Assembly: GCA_965279515.1 (NCBI GenBank)
Contig: CBDIID010000003.1
Span: 4,736,001 to 4,800,000 of the forward strand
Source of the DNA: Turneriella sp.
GTDB lineage: Bacteria; Spirochaetota; Leptospiria; Turneriellales; Turneriellaceae
Direction: 5' to 3'
DNA length: 64,000 nt
Part shown: positions 29,818-39,565 of the stretch, piece after piece
Layout of the letters: each line of letters begins with the position of its first letter
How positions within the stretch are numbered: the first letter of the stretch is position 1
The notes under the pieces: model-generated
Seen by the model: the letters and a program-made list of their open reading frames with translations, nothing else
Database searches by the model: none
Told to the model about the DNA's origin: nothing
Program-made: the position numbers and the translations under genes

Positions 29818-31467
29818 TCAGGAGGTTTGCCATGGTAATCTTCCGCGTAGCGTCGCTGCATCGATTTCACCGGACGCAACGTTGCCGGTCGCGAGGTCGT
29901 GGATGCGGTATTCGAGCGTCGTCTTAAAGAGCGGTTCGGATTCCAGGAATACACAGCGCACTTCACCTGGTAAAAAACCGCACTGCGCCTGCACGGCAGC
30001 GGCGAGTTTTTCGTCGTGCAGATGCCCGTCGCCGAAATTATATCCCAGTACCTGCCCGGCGACGACCTCGCCCTCGGCATACTCAAAATCCTCAAAGCGC
30101 GCCACGGCCTTCGGTATAAGTTCTGCAAAGGCGCGGCCGTGCAAATGCATGAGGCGAAATGCCATCACCTTGCTGAGTATGGCGACGGTATCAGACTCGC
30201 TGTAAAACAGGCGCAGCTGGTCGGGCACCCAGCGCGCGCTCGTCGTGAGCTTTTCCAGTTTCTTATGGCTATCCTTTTTAAAGAGCCAGACGCTTGCCGC
30301 CCAGTTGCCGGCATAATAGCGCATCGCTACCAGAAACGACAATGCCTTCGGAAAGATATTGCCGATCAGCGGCAGTGCAATCACCATCACACCCGTGAAT
30401 ACGGCAAGGGGTAGGGGAATTGTCAGAATCGAGACAGAAGCGTGCGCCCAGAACAGGAAAAACGCCGCATAGACGACCATAAAATTCCACTCGATGGGAA
30501 CTCCCATCGGCACATTGCTGGTGATATAGATATGCAAGCCCAGCATCAGCACCATGCCGGCGATGTGGCCATAGCTGCCGATCGGTGAGACCATGAGAAT
30601 AATGGGGATTCCCATCTCGACCGCAGTGCCCCAGTGGCCGGCGATGCGTGCGAGCAACGAGGGATTCACATCTTCGGGATAATTTTTGTACATGAGCCGC
30701 CGCATGAACGCAAAACGCGTGAAGGGGCTGTTCGAATTCATCACGCCGACGACGTAGGGAAAGTGTCTGTTGAGTTTGGAAAAACCTGCCCAGAACCACA
30801 GGCCGAGCTGCACGACTTTCGCGCCGGGGATCCATTCTGAACTTGCGACAAAGAGAAAGCACACAGCAGTCGTCCAGTAGTGTTCGCCCCGCGCTGCTAA
30901 AAAAAGTGTCTGGTCCATCAGTCCCAGAAGCGGCAGCAGCACAACAACCGGAATGATTTCGTTGAAGCCGATGTAGGGCCGTGTCAGTACATAGATGAGC
31001 GCGGCGACCAGGCCCGCATAAAAGAGCACGTCGAGAATGTTGCGGCGGTTGCCGCCGAGTAACGGAAATTTCGGATAGAGCGGCAGCTTTGTCGTGCCTG
31101 GTCGCAGAAAATAGAGAAATCCGCCGAACGGTGGAAAATATCTGCCGGTGAGCGGCCCACTGCCACAGCCTAAACCCAGAACCTCAAAGAGCATGCTCCA
31201 CAGAATCGCTTTTTGAAATGCGATCGGGTTAAAGATCCAGTCACGCCACGCGGCGAGGCCGCCGAGGCCTGGAGTGAAGCTGACGAAAAAGCTCCACATC
31301 CAGATATAGAAAGCAACCTTGAGCACATAGAGTGTGTAGGCGCCGATCGGAGTGCCGTAACCCTGCACAGCCCATGCCTTGCAGGCGAGTTCGGCACGCT
31401 GTGTAAAAGGCAGTTTCTGCCATTCGAGCGGATCGTAGGGGGGAGGGGTCGGTCTGATAAGTCCCAT
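29818..31467 (-). CDS. DUF3556-family membrane protein
   Basis: W...GYGTP, GCGSGPLTGRY, LRPGT, FLAARGEHY, SKLNRHF, GVPIEWN, MRYYAGNW, NFGDGHLH. Confidence 0.85.
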   Translation of the reverse strand: MGLIRPTPPPYDPLEWQKLPFTQRAELACKAWAVQGYGTPIGAYTLYVLKVAFYIWMWSFFVSFTPGLGGLAAWRDWIFNPIAFQKAILWSMLFEVLGLGCGSGPLTGRYFPPFGGFLYFLRPGTTKLPLYPKFPLLGGNRRNILDVLFYAGLVAALIYVLTRPYIGFNEIIPVVVLLPLLGLMDQTLFLAARGEHYWTTAVCFLFVASSEWIPGAKVVQLGLWFWAGFSKLNRHFPYVVGVMNSNSPFTRFAFMRRLMYKNYPEDVNPSLLARIAGHWGTAVEMGIPIILMVSPIGSYGHIAGMVLMLGLHIYITSNVPMGVPIEWNFMVVYAAFFLFWAHASVSILTIPLPLAVFTGVMVIALPLIGNIFPKALSFLVAMRYYAGNWAASVWLFKKDSHKKLEKLTTSARWVPDQLRLFYSESDTVAILSKVMAFRLMHLHGRAFAELIPKAVARFEDFEYAEGEVVAGQVLGYNFGDGHLHDEKLAAAVQAQCGFLPGEVRCVFLESEPLFKTTLEYRIHDLATGNVASGEIDAATLRGRLPWQTS

Positions 31468-31584
31468 AAGTTTTCCCTCTCCAGAGCTACGTCGAAGGGT
31501 CGAGCAGAAATTTTTTCACCCGCGATGGCCGTGACTATGCCATCTGCTTTACAGAGCCGCGGCGCTTCCGCTTCGTCTCGGCGG

Positions 31585-31944
31585 ATGGGTATAGATCAGA
31601 GACATTTTAAACGCATACTCGCGCGGCGTTTCGGCGGCTGTAACGTGAAGCTTTTAGGGCCTGAGGTTATCAACGCACTACTTGTTGATATATCCGTCGG
31701 CGGGATGAAAATCATGGTTGAGAGAGATATTCCGGAAGCGCAGATTGCTACGGGCGCAGTGGCGACGGGCGAAATTGGCAGCCAGAATCCGGAGTTTCGC
31801 ATGTCGTTCTCAGCGACGGTTGCCTGGCGCCGCAGCTCTGTGCTTGACGGTACCGTTACCACAGCTTTGGGCCTGTGCTTTGCAGATTATACAGAGCTGC
31901 CTGACGCGCTGATGAATCTCGTAGAGAACTACGAGGCTATGTAG
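31585..31944 (+). CDS. PilZ domain (c-di-GMP receptor) protein
   Basis: RxxxR (QRHFKR) and DISVGG motifs; VAW...GLCF. Confidence 0.8.
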   Translation: MGIDQRHFKRILARRFGGCNVKLLGPEVINALLVDISVGGMKIMVERDIPEAQIATGAVATGEIGSQNPEFRMSFSATVAWRRSSVLDGTVTTALGLCFADYTELPDALMNLVENYEAM

Positions 31945-31953
31945 ACAGGGAAT

Positions 31954-32451
31954 CTAAACAAGGGCCACGTGTGCCATGATATGGTTGCCATACCGGGCGC
32001 GTAGCCCGGGAATCTTCACCAGGTCATCGCCGCGCACGGTGCCGCGGCATAACTTTGTACCACAACGGCATTTGAGCTCAAAATCGGAGCGGGATTCGCT
32101 GGTGGCATAGTCGTAGGTAATTTCTTCTTCCGGTAAAATACTGCGTAGCGCAGTCATCGAACCATCTGCCTCGAACCAGGTGTTGGGATCACAACTGTGG
32201 TTCATATAGTCGGCGTCGTCGCCGGCCTTGCCGTTGGGTGAGCCATAGAACTGGTCGGGACCGACCTGGTAACAATAATTGTAAAAATTCTTTTTTTGTT
32301 CTGCGGGCAGCGCATCGATTTCGGCCTGCGTATAGTACTTCTCATCCGGCTCTTTGCGCCAGATAAAATCCCCCTGGTTGATTGGCCCCTTAGCAAACAA
32401 CCCGCGGCCGTGGGTATCGCTGCCGCGAACTTCGATGTTGGGATTAAGCAT
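31954..32451 (-). CDS. SET-domain lysine methyltransferase with post-SET Cys motif
   Basis: GRGLFA, YMNHSCDPN, EEITYDY, CRCG..LCRG. Confidence 0.92.
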   Translation of the reverse strand: MLNPNIEVRGSDTHGRGLFAKGPINQGDFIWRKEPDEKYYTQAEIDALPAEQKKNFYNYCYQVGPDQFYGSPNGKAGDDADYMNHSCDPNTWFEADGSMTALRSILPEEEITYDYATSESRSDFELKCRCGTKLCRGTVRGDDLVKIPGLRARYGNHIMAHVALV

Positions 32452-32500
32452 GGTTCAGGGATGAACCGAGTATAGCGCTGACACGGAGGTAATCCATGCG

Positions 32501-33097
32501 CTACGCATGCGCGACGCGCATTGTTTCGTTGCGGTGCTGCATTTCGACGGTGTGAAAGAGATCGTAAGGATTCGCCATGCCGGCCGAGCGGATGACGAAA
32601 TCGGGCACCATGCCGAGTTGAATATACTTTTGCTGCAGCGGCGCCGGGATATACTTGAAATCGCGCACGCGTGAACGGCAAGAAGGAACGCCGCAGGCGC
32701 AGTCCATTTCCCAGTGCTCTTCAGCCATCGATGTCGAGTAGTCGAAAGTGATTTCCTGCTCTACAGCGATGGTATTGACGGCGACTAAGAATGCCTTACC
32801 TTTGTGGATTTTCAGTGCCGCGTTGGGTTCGCAGCAGTGATTGACGAAGTTGTCTGGCGATGTCGTCGGGCCGAGAAACATATCTTCACCTATTTGCATG
32901 TAATGGCATTTTTCGGGATTAACCTTGCTCAGGTATTCCTTGCGGGTGTAGATTCTGCCGCGAAACTGCAAAATCTTCTCACCGGGTTTGAATTCTTTTT
33001 TGGCGAAAACACCTTTCCCGAACCGGGTAGGTCGAACCTCCAGCGGAGGTTCGCCGGTCGCCGCGGTGGCGGGGGCCGGAGTAGTTGTGGTCGTCAT
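32501..33097 (-). CDS. SET-domain lysine methyltransferase with post-SET Cys motif
   Basis: GKGVFA, FVNHCCEPN, EITFDY, CACG..SCR. ATG 33097 follows a GAGGA RBS. Confidence 0.9.
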   Translation of the reverse strand: MTTTTTPAPATAATGEPPLEVRPTRFGKGVFAKKEFKPGEKILQFRGRIYTRKEYLSKVNPEKCHYMQIGEDMFLGPTTSPDNFVNHCCEPNAALKIHKGKAFLVAVNTIAVEQEITFDYSTSMAEEHWEMDCACGVPSCRSRVRDFKYIPAPLQQKYIQLGMVPDFVIRSAGMANPYDLFHTVEMQHRNETMRVAHA

Positions 33098-33208
33098 TTG
33101 ATCCTCGACATCTAAAAGTGTGTGTCGCCCTCCATAAACCAATCAATAGCACAAGTAAAAAAATTCTTTCGGACTTATCGCTCCTGCCCGCCGTGACGCT
33201 CGTCTGCC

Positions 33209-33799
33209 ATGAAAAAAATAACCGACAAGCCTGCATGGCAAGTTTACAAATGGCGTGACTCGAAGGAGCGTATCCTGATCGGGGCGACGGTCGCATTTTC
33301 GCGCAAGGGGTTTTACGGCACATCGGTGCGCGAGATTAGCCTCGAAGCGGGGCTCGAGCAGCCGAGCATCTACCACCACTTCGGCAGCAAGGAAAATCTC
33401 TACTGGTCTTGCCTGCGGGCGACACACCTCTTCATGATCCGCAACCTGCGGCGCCGCATGGCGCGGCAGGCAACGCTCGAGGGGGAGATCCGGCAGATGT
33501 TCCGTGCCGTCGGCTGGTTCCACGGCGAATACCCCGAATTTTTCGCGCTGATGTTTTCGCTCGTCTATTCATCCCCCGAAGAAATTGGTGATCGTTACAC
33601 GAGCCTCTATGGCGGGGATATTTTTGAATTTGTCGCGCGGGCCTTCGAGCGCCACCCGCCTAAAACCGGGCGTCTTGAGAAATATTCGCTGACTGTGCAT
33701 ACGCTTTACAGCCATATTCTCTCATATTCGGGTACCCGGCCCAAGAATCTGCATATTTCGTATTTTCAGGCGCTGAGAAAGCTTTTCCGGGCCTTGTAG
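33209..33799 (+). CDS. TetR/AcrR family transcriptional regulator
   Basis: FSRKGFYGTSVREISLEAGLEQPSIYHHFGSKENL HTH signature. Confidence 0.92.
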   Translation: MKKITDKPAWQVYKWRDSKERILIGATVAFSRKGFYGTSVREISLEAGLEQPSIYHHFGSKENLYWSCLRATHLFMIRNLRRRMARQATLEGEIRQMFRAVGWFHGEYPEFFALMFSLVYSSPEEIGDRYTSLYGGDIFEFVARAFERHPPKTGRLEKYSLTVHTLYSHILSYSGTRPKNLHISYFQALRKLFRAL

Positions 33800-33808
33800 G
33801 CCGTTGTT

Positions 33809-34390
33809 TTACGCGGCTCTATGTAACAAATCCCAGATTTGCATGGGTGAGAGCCCGGCTTTGGAAATAATCTCTGTACTTTGTGAATATTCCAGCCCGT
33901 GCTGGTCATTCTCTCGCGTACGGCATAGGTAGTTAATGAAAAAGTCTGGATATTGCTTCCTGCCTCGATACCGCCCCATCCAGTAACGCGCATTCTGGGG
34001 CAAAGTCATACCAGGCTCTGCATCACAAAGCAAGCTCTCCAACAACTGTGGCAAATAGACACGGATCGCCACATCAAGCATACGTGAAATTGATTCACCC
34101 GAATGCAGCGCACGCTGCCAAAGCGCGGCATAGAGTACCTGATTGATATAGAGCGGGTGGACTTCAAAGTCTTTACCCCCAGCATTGTAACGCCGCAAAC
34201 CGTTGGTTTTCCTGCCACGGCCACGCCAATTCTTCAAAAACAGTTTAAACAGACAGCGGTAAATCTCCTGCTCAGAATAGCGAATACCATTGCGAGCGAA
34301 AATCTTACGAGCCGCACATAAGCGACGGTACGACGTGCGGGGCAGTGACACGGATGTCTTTCTATGGTGTAGCGGATGGATGTATTTCAT
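33809..34390 (-). CDS. RHH-like hypothetical protein (DUF1564-like), dispersed family member 2
   Basis: About 101 of the first 122 residues identical to 57959..58519 (manual count); two beta-helix-helix-like segments. Confidence 0.8.
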   Translation of the reverse strand: MKYIHPLHHRKTSVSLPRTSYRRLCAARKIFARNGIRYSEQEIYRCLFKLFLKNWRGRGRKTNGLRRYNAGGKDFEVHPLYINQVLYAALWQRALHSGESISRMLDVAIRVYLPQLLESLLCDAEPGMTLPQNARYWMGRYRGRKQYPDFFINYLCRTRENDQHGLEYSQSTEIISKAGLSPMQIWDLLHRAA

Positions 34391-34405
34391 GGAGCCTCTG
34401 CTAAG

Positions 34406-34435
34406 GAAATACCAGAAAGCGCGGTTTTTTTCTCA
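34406..34435 (-). promoter_or_regulatory. Conserved upstream motif, copy 2
   Basis: Sense sequence TGAGAAAA-aaaccgcgc-TTTCTGGTATTTC, 15 nt before the ATG. Confidence 0.8.
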
Positions 34436-34469
34436 GGGAGCCAGGCTTACCTTAAATACGGGTAGGCTG

Positions 34470-34485
34470 TGTAGCAATTGCTACA
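34470..34485. promoter_or_regulatory. Perfect 16-bp palindrome, candidate operator
   Basis: TGTAGCAATTGCTACA, 7 nt upstream of a TTGACG -35 box. Confidence 0.55.
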
Positions 34486-34528
34486 GAAAAAGTTGACGCT
34501 CAGTTCGTTTTTTTGCAAGTTAGCTCAA

Positions 34529-35347
34529 ATGCAAGTTCGTATCAACAAACAAAAATTCGATGCCGGAGTTCCCTCGCACTGGAGCGCGGCGTCGGCGCTG
34601 CAGAGCCATGTACTGAATACGCTGAGCCTCATGTTTCCCGACGGTGAGCGTTTTTTCGTGCGTTCGGTGAAATATTTTTCAGATCGTGCGACCGACGACA
34701 AGATGCGCGCGGAAGTGAAGGCGTTTATCGGCCAGGAGATGCAGCACGGCGCCGCGCATGACCGTTTCAACGCGGCTATCCGCCCTGCGCTCGCCGACAG
34801 TTCGTGGTTTATGTACCTCTTCACGGTACCGACCTTCCAGGGGCTCGAGCCCTGGGTGCACGGGCTCGACTTCGGTATGGAGTTCGGCCGCGTCGGCGCC
34901 CTCGCCGTGACGGCCGCTGCCGAGAATATGACTGCCGGCTTTGCCAACATGGTGTTTGAAGACAAAGACCTGCAGACGGCGGTACGCGAAGACATCCGCG
35001 ATCTTTTCATGTGGCATGCGGCCGAAGAAATCGAGCACCGCGATCTCGCCTTCGATCTGTTAAAAAAGGTCAATGACGCGTATTGGGTGCGGATGTTCGG
35101 CGCGAGCGTGGCCTATGCGATTATTTTCGGTTATGTGGTCATGGGCACAGCATGGTTTATGCTGAACGACAAGAATTATCCCTGGGCAAAGTTGCCGGCC
35201 GACCTGGTAAAAATTTTCACCGACAAATTCGGTTTGGGCAAAATCTTCGTCGAAGGTTTTATCGACTATGCGCGCGCGGATTTCCACCCGTCCGATGCGC
35301 CGGCGCACCCGATGGCGGCTGACTACCTGGCGAAAATGGCGTCCTGA
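34529..35347 (+). CDS. Predicted metal-dependent hydrolase family (ferritin-like fold)
   Basis: LSLMFPDGERFFVRSV, FIGQEMQH..AH, WHAAEEIEHR, FHP. Confidence 0.85.
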   Translation: MQVRINKQKFDAGVPSHWSAASALQSHVLNTLSLMFPDGERFFVRSVKYFSDRATDDKMRAEVKAFIGQEMQHGAAHDRFNAAIRPALADSSWFMYLFTVPTFQGLEPWVHGLDFGMEFGRVGALAVTAAAENMTAGFANMVFEDKDLQTAVREDIRDLFMWHAAEEIEHRDLAFDLLKKVNDAYWVRMFGASVAYAIIFGYVVMGTAWFMLNDKNYPWAKLPADLVKIFTDKFGLGKIFVEGFIDYARADFHPSDAPAHPMAADYLAKMAS

Positions 35348-35363
35348 GGGACGCCAGCAGGCG

Positions 35364-37571
35364 CTAAGCCGCGCCTTCGGTATTTGTCGTGTCGCCGCCT
35401 GAATCCCCACCGGAATCTTCGGCGGTCTCTTCAATGATGTGTTTGCAGTCCTGGTTCTGGCAGGTGAGCGTGATGCCGGTTTTTCTCACCTTCTGGCCCA
35501 TGATCGAATTACATTTAGGGCAGGTGCGCTTCGCCGGCGTTTCCAGCATCGTGAATTCACACTGTGTCGTGGCATAGTTCGCGCAGCCGAAAAATCCCCG
35601 GCCCTTTTTGCCTTTCTTTTTGACGACATTGCCGCCGCAGAGCGGGCAGATGCCGAGCGGAATACTTTCTGAAAAACGGCAGCCGCCCTGGAAATTACTG
35701 CAACCGATGAAGTAGCCGTTCTTGCCGAGCTTCTGCATCAGCTCATTGCCGCACTTGGGGCATTCGCGGCCGAGCGGTATGCGCACCAGATGCGTCTGGT
35801 CGGCGATCTCGTTGCCCGCGCGCTCGACGGTGCCGTGGAAGGCGGGGTAAAAGTCCCCCAACATGGCTTGCCAGTTGTTTTGACCGGCGGCGATGCTGTC
35901 GAGCTTCTCTTCCATGTTCGCCGTAAATTTCAGGTCGACGATGTCGGGAAAATGCGCTGCCATGATGTCGTTCACCACGCGGCCAAGTTTTGTCGGTATC
36001 AGCTGGCGGCCCTTGCGTTCGATATAGGCGCGTTTGTCGAGTGTACCCATCGTCGGCACATAGGTCGCGGGACGGCCGATGCCCGATTCTTCCATCGCCT
36101 TGATGAGCGAGGCTTCGGTGTAGCGCGGCGGCGGTTGGGTGAATTTCTGCTGCTTATTGAACTGGATGAGCTTCAAGGCATCGCCTTCGTTGAAGTTCGG
36201 CACATAGCCGACCTTATCTTCACCCAGGGGATAGATGGCACGGAAGCCGGGAAAAATCTGGCGCGAACTCGAATAGCGGAACGTGAACTCGGCGTCCTTA
36301 TCCTGAACTTCGAGTGTCACAAGCTCATCGACGCCGGCAGACATCTGCGAGGCGACAAAGCGGCGCCAGATCAGCGCGTAGAGGCGGTACTGGTCGCGGT
36401 CGAGAAATTTTTCGACGCTCTCGGGAGTGCGTGTCACGTCGGTGGGGCGTATCGCTTCGTGGGCATCCTGCGTGTTCTCGGCTTTTTTGCTGTAAGTCAC
36501 GGCGGCTTCAGGTAAGTAGGATGGCTCAAAGTTCTGCGCAATATAACCGCGCGCCTGCTCGAGCCCGGTGGCAGAGATACGGGTTGAATCCGTACGCATG
36601 TATGTGATGAGACCTTGTGAACCTTCTTTACCGAGTTCGACGCCTTCATAGAGACCCTGCGCGATCGACATGGTCTTCTGCGCACGGAAGCCGAGGCGCG
36701 TCGAAGCGTCCTGCTGCAGCCGGCTCGTGATATAGGGGGCAAGGGGCTTTATGCGCCGTTCGGATGTCTTGCGTGAGACAAGTGTGTAGGCCGCAGCGCG
36801 AATTTTTTCCTCATACGCGGTGGCGTCATCCTTGTTATTGACCGCGACCTTTTTGCCGGCGATCTGTGCGAGACGGAAGGCGGTCTCCTTGTCTTTGGTT
36901 TTAGCGCCTTCGTTTGCGAAAAAACCGTCAAATTCCCAGAATTCTTCGGCGACAAATTTCTCAATTTCAATTTCACGGTCGCAGAGAATTTTTAGCGCCG
37001 CCGATTGCACGCGGCCGGCGGAGAAGCGGCGCGAACCGAATTTTTTCTGCAGTACCGGTGAGATTTCATAACCGACGAGGCGGTCTAAAATACGGCGCGC
37101 CTGCTGTGAATTGACGCGTTCCATATCAATCGCGCGCGGATGCTCAACCGCTTTCAGGACAGCGTCTTTTGTGATCTCGTTAAATTCAATGCGGCTGATT
37201 TTCGGGCAGACTTCGGCGAGGGCCCGGCCCAGGTGCCAGCTGATCGCTTCGCCTTCGCGGTCGGGGTCGGTGGCGAGCAGCACTTCGGAAGAATTTTTCG
37301 CCGCCTTTCTGAGCTCCCCCAGGGTCTTACCTTTGCCGCGGATGGTGATATAAAGAGGGCGAAAATTGTCCTGGATATCTATGCCCATGCTCGAGCGGGG
37401 CAGGTCGATGAGGTGACCCTTCGAAGATTCGACGCGGAACTTACCGCCGAGAAATTTGCCGATCGATTTTGTTTTGGCCGGGGATTCGACGATTACCAGT
37501 GCCGTCTTCTTGGCGCGCGCCGATTTTTTCGCGGGCGATTTCGGCTTTTTCGGATTTTCCGTCTCAGACAT
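35364..37571 (-). CDS. topA: DNA topoisomerase I
   Basis: IVESPAK, ATDPDREGE, SAGRVQS, ITYMRTDS, QDAHEAIRPT, GIGRP; C-terminal zinc ribbons. Confidence 0.97.
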   Translation of the reverse strand: MSETENPKKPKSPAKKSARAKKTALVIVESPAKTKSIGKFLGGKFRVESSKGHLIDLPRSSMGIDIQDNFRPLYITIRGKGKTLGELRKAAKNSSEVLLATDPDREGEAISWHLGRALAEVCPKISRIEFNEITKDAVLKAVEHPRAIDMERVNSQQARRILDRLVGYEISPVLQKKFGSRRFSAGRVQSAALKILCDREIEIEKFVAEEFWEFDGFFANEGAKTKDKETAFRLAQIAGKKVAVNNKDDATAYEEKIRAAAYTLVSRKTSERRIKPLAPYITSRLQQDASTRLGFRAQKTMSIAQGLYEGVELGKEGSQGLITYMRTDSTRISATGLEQARGYIAQNFEPSYLPEAAVTYSKKAENTQDAHEAIRPTDVTRTPESVEKFLDRDQYRLYALIWRRFVASQMSAGVDELVTLEVQDKDAEFTFRYSSSRQIFPGFRAIYPLGEDKVGYVPNFNEGDALKLIQFNKQQKFTQPPPRYTEASLIKAMEESGIGRPATYVPTMGTLDKRAYIERKGRQLIPTKLGRVVNDIMAAHFPDIVDLKFTANMEEKLDSIAAGQNNWQAMLGDFYPAFHGTVERAGNEIADQTHLVRIPLGRECPKCGNELMQKLGKNGYFIGCSNFQGGCRFSESIPLGICPLCGGNVVKKKGKKGRGFFGCANYATTQCEFTMLETPAKRTCPKCNSIMGQKVRKTGITLTCQNQDCKHIIEETAEDSGGDSGGDTTNTEGAA

Positions 37572-38519
37572 TTATTTGGGCTCCCAGGGAACAAATTTCA
37601 CCAAGGCGCCCGATTTGTTTTTGAAAACAAGGCGTCGCCCATTTTCATCATCTGCGCCGATGCGGGCCGCAAGTTTCTCCTGTATCAGATAGGTGCGCGC
37701 CGGTGTGCGTGTCAAAAACTGGAATACGCTGCGCAGAATTTCGATGGGGATCAGTGTGTGTTGTTTGAGTTCGACAAGGAGCGCCGTGAGGCGCAGCGAG
37801 CCGCGATTTGTTTCGAGAAATTCGCGGTTTTTGATCAGTATTTTGCCGAAGACCTCGGGTGTCGTGGCAATGCGTATGCGGTTAGGCAAAGTTTCTGCAT
37901 AATACGAAAGCGAACGTGAAACGGCAAGGCGGCGTATAAAATTTTGTACGTTTTTACCTGCGGCGGCGTCGTGCTCCAGTGCAACGATACAGATACCGCT
38001 CTCGCGCCGCCGTGCTCTCATCAAAAGCAGCCACACGACGAGCGCGGCGGCCATGAGAGCGCAGGATACCAGGATGAAGAATTCAATCCAGCGGCTTTTG
38101 CCCGGGGCTGGCAGGGTGGTGAAGGTGGCGTAAAAAGCCCCCTGGCCCCCCAGCTCTTTTTCATGGCAGATTTTACACGATTCAGGTGCAGAAACTTTTT
38201 CCGAATAGACGTTGGTATCTGCATTGGGTATAAAAGAAAGTTTCACAGCGAGGCAATCCGGCTCATGATTTTCACAGCGCAGTGCCCGTTTCCATTGCCA
38301 GGCATCGACACCTGAAAGTTTGAGCGTCGTGATGGCCTTGATGCGCTCTGATGCGCGGCTGATGAGCTGGCGCTCGTCCTGGCGCCCGGTATGGAAACTC
38401 CATGCTATGATGCCGGCGATGGCGGCGAAGGCGAGTGGTGTTAAGAGAATCGCGCGCAGCGAATAGAGCGAGGGCCAGAGCAGAAGGGAGAATTTTCCCC
38501 GGCGCACCGCTTCGTGCAC
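37572..38519 (-). CDS. Two-TM membrane protein with periplasmic CxxCH heme-c motif
   Basis: TM, periplasmic region with SCKICHE, TM, cytoplasmic domain; tightly packed between the sigma factor gene and topA. Confidence 0.6.
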   Translation of the reverse strand: MHEAVRRGKFSLLLWPSLYSLRAILLTPLAFAAIAGIIAWSFHTGRQDERQLISRASERIKAITTLKLSGVDAWQWKRALRCENHEPDCLAVKLSFIPNADTNVYSEKVSAPESCKICHEKELGGQGAFYATFTTLPAPGKSRWIEFFILVSCALMAAALVVWLLLMRARRRESGICIVALEHDAAAGKNVQNFIRRLAVSRSLSYYAETLPNRIRIATTPEVFGKILIKNREFLETNRGSLRLTALLVELKQHTLIPIEILRSVFQFLTRTPARTYLIQEKLAARIGADDENGRRLVFKNKSGALVKFVPWEPK

Positions 38520-38525
38520 CGGGAC

Positions 38526-39479
38526 TCAGTCCTCTTTATCCAGGAAGTCTTCGAGGTGGCGTTCTTTACCGTACTTCTGCAACTTTAGCAGAGTCAGCTT
38601 TTCGATTTGGCGTACGCGTTCTTTCGAGAGATTGAATTTTTTCCCTGCCTGGGTCAGCGACAGCATTCTTTTGCCGTTAAGACCAAATCTGTGCTCGATA
38701 ATTTCGCGTTCCGACGCGGTGAGTTCGCCGAGAATTTCAGAGATCGAATCGGAGAGGGCACCCTGCATCACCTGGTCTTCGGGTGAGATGTATTTGTCGT
38801 CTTTGACCTGGGAGATCTGGGTATTTTCAGAGTCGGCATTGGCCGGCACATCGAGCGAGACATAGTCAGATGAAATCTGCTTCAGCCAGCGCACTTCTGC
38901 TTCAGGCATGTCGAGGCGGTCGGCGATCTGCGTCAGCGTCGGCTCTTCGCCGAGTTCGTTCTCGAGGTCTTTTTGTATCGCGTCGATGCGCGCCACGTCA
39001 ATCGTGCGGTTCATCGGCAGGCGAATCATCGCCGCTTTTTGATTGATCGCGAGAATAATCGCCTGGCGTATCCACCACACCGCATAACTGATGAAGTGGT
39101 AGCCCATGTCGGGGTCGAAGCGCTCAGCCGCCTTGATAAGACCGAGGTTACCTTCGTTGATGAGGTCGAGTAAGCTGATACCGAACTTCTGGTATTTCTT
39201 TGCCACCTGTACCACGAAGCGCAGGTTCGAGGTGATGAGGCGTTCTTTTGCCTTCGCATCACCTGCAATTGCCGCGCGCGCGAGTTTATCTTCTTCTTCG
39301 CGTGTCAGAAGCGGTATTTTATTGATTTCTTCGAGGTACCACTGGATACTCGATTCGGTATAAGGATTTTTTGCGAGTGATTTATCTACAACCGGCTCTT
39401 CGCTCTTGAGTTCGATGTCGGGGCCGATCTCCGCGAGGCGGGTACGTTTTTTTACCTTCTTTTCTGTTGTCTCCGCCAC
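38526..39479 (-). CDS. RNA polymerase sigma70-family factor (RpoD/RpoS-like, lacking region 1.1)
   Basis: YLEEINKIPLLTREEE, SNLRFVV.VAKKY, DLINEGNLGL, SYAVWWIRQAI, SKERVRQIE. Confidence 0.93.
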   Translation of the reverse strand: MAETTEKKVKKRTRLAEIGPDIELKSEEPVVDKSLAKNPYTESSIQWYLEEINKIPLLTREEEDKLARAAIAGDAKAKERLITSNLRFVVQVAKKYQKFGISLLDLINEGNLGLIKAAERFDPDMGYHFISYAVWWIRQAIILAINQKAAMIRLPMNRTIDVARIDAIQKDLENELGEEPTLTQIADRLDMPEAEVRWLKQISSDYVSLDVPANADSENTQISQVKDDKYISPEDQVMQGALSDSISEILGELTASEREIIEHRFGLNGKRMLSLTQAGKKFNLSKERVRQIEKLTLLKLQKYGKERHLEDFLDKED

Positions 39480-39565
39480 GTAGGCCGGTGTCGGTATTTA
39501 AACGGGGGCGTAAACCATATGGCAAAAATTGCTGGATTTTCTGTGTCTCTGCGCTAGCAACGGCC

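Noticed and set aside
33800..34440. IS/MITE signature around the RHH-like genes
   Set aside because: No terminal inverted repeats, target-site duplications or transposase motifs seen by eye, so these were not called mobile elements.
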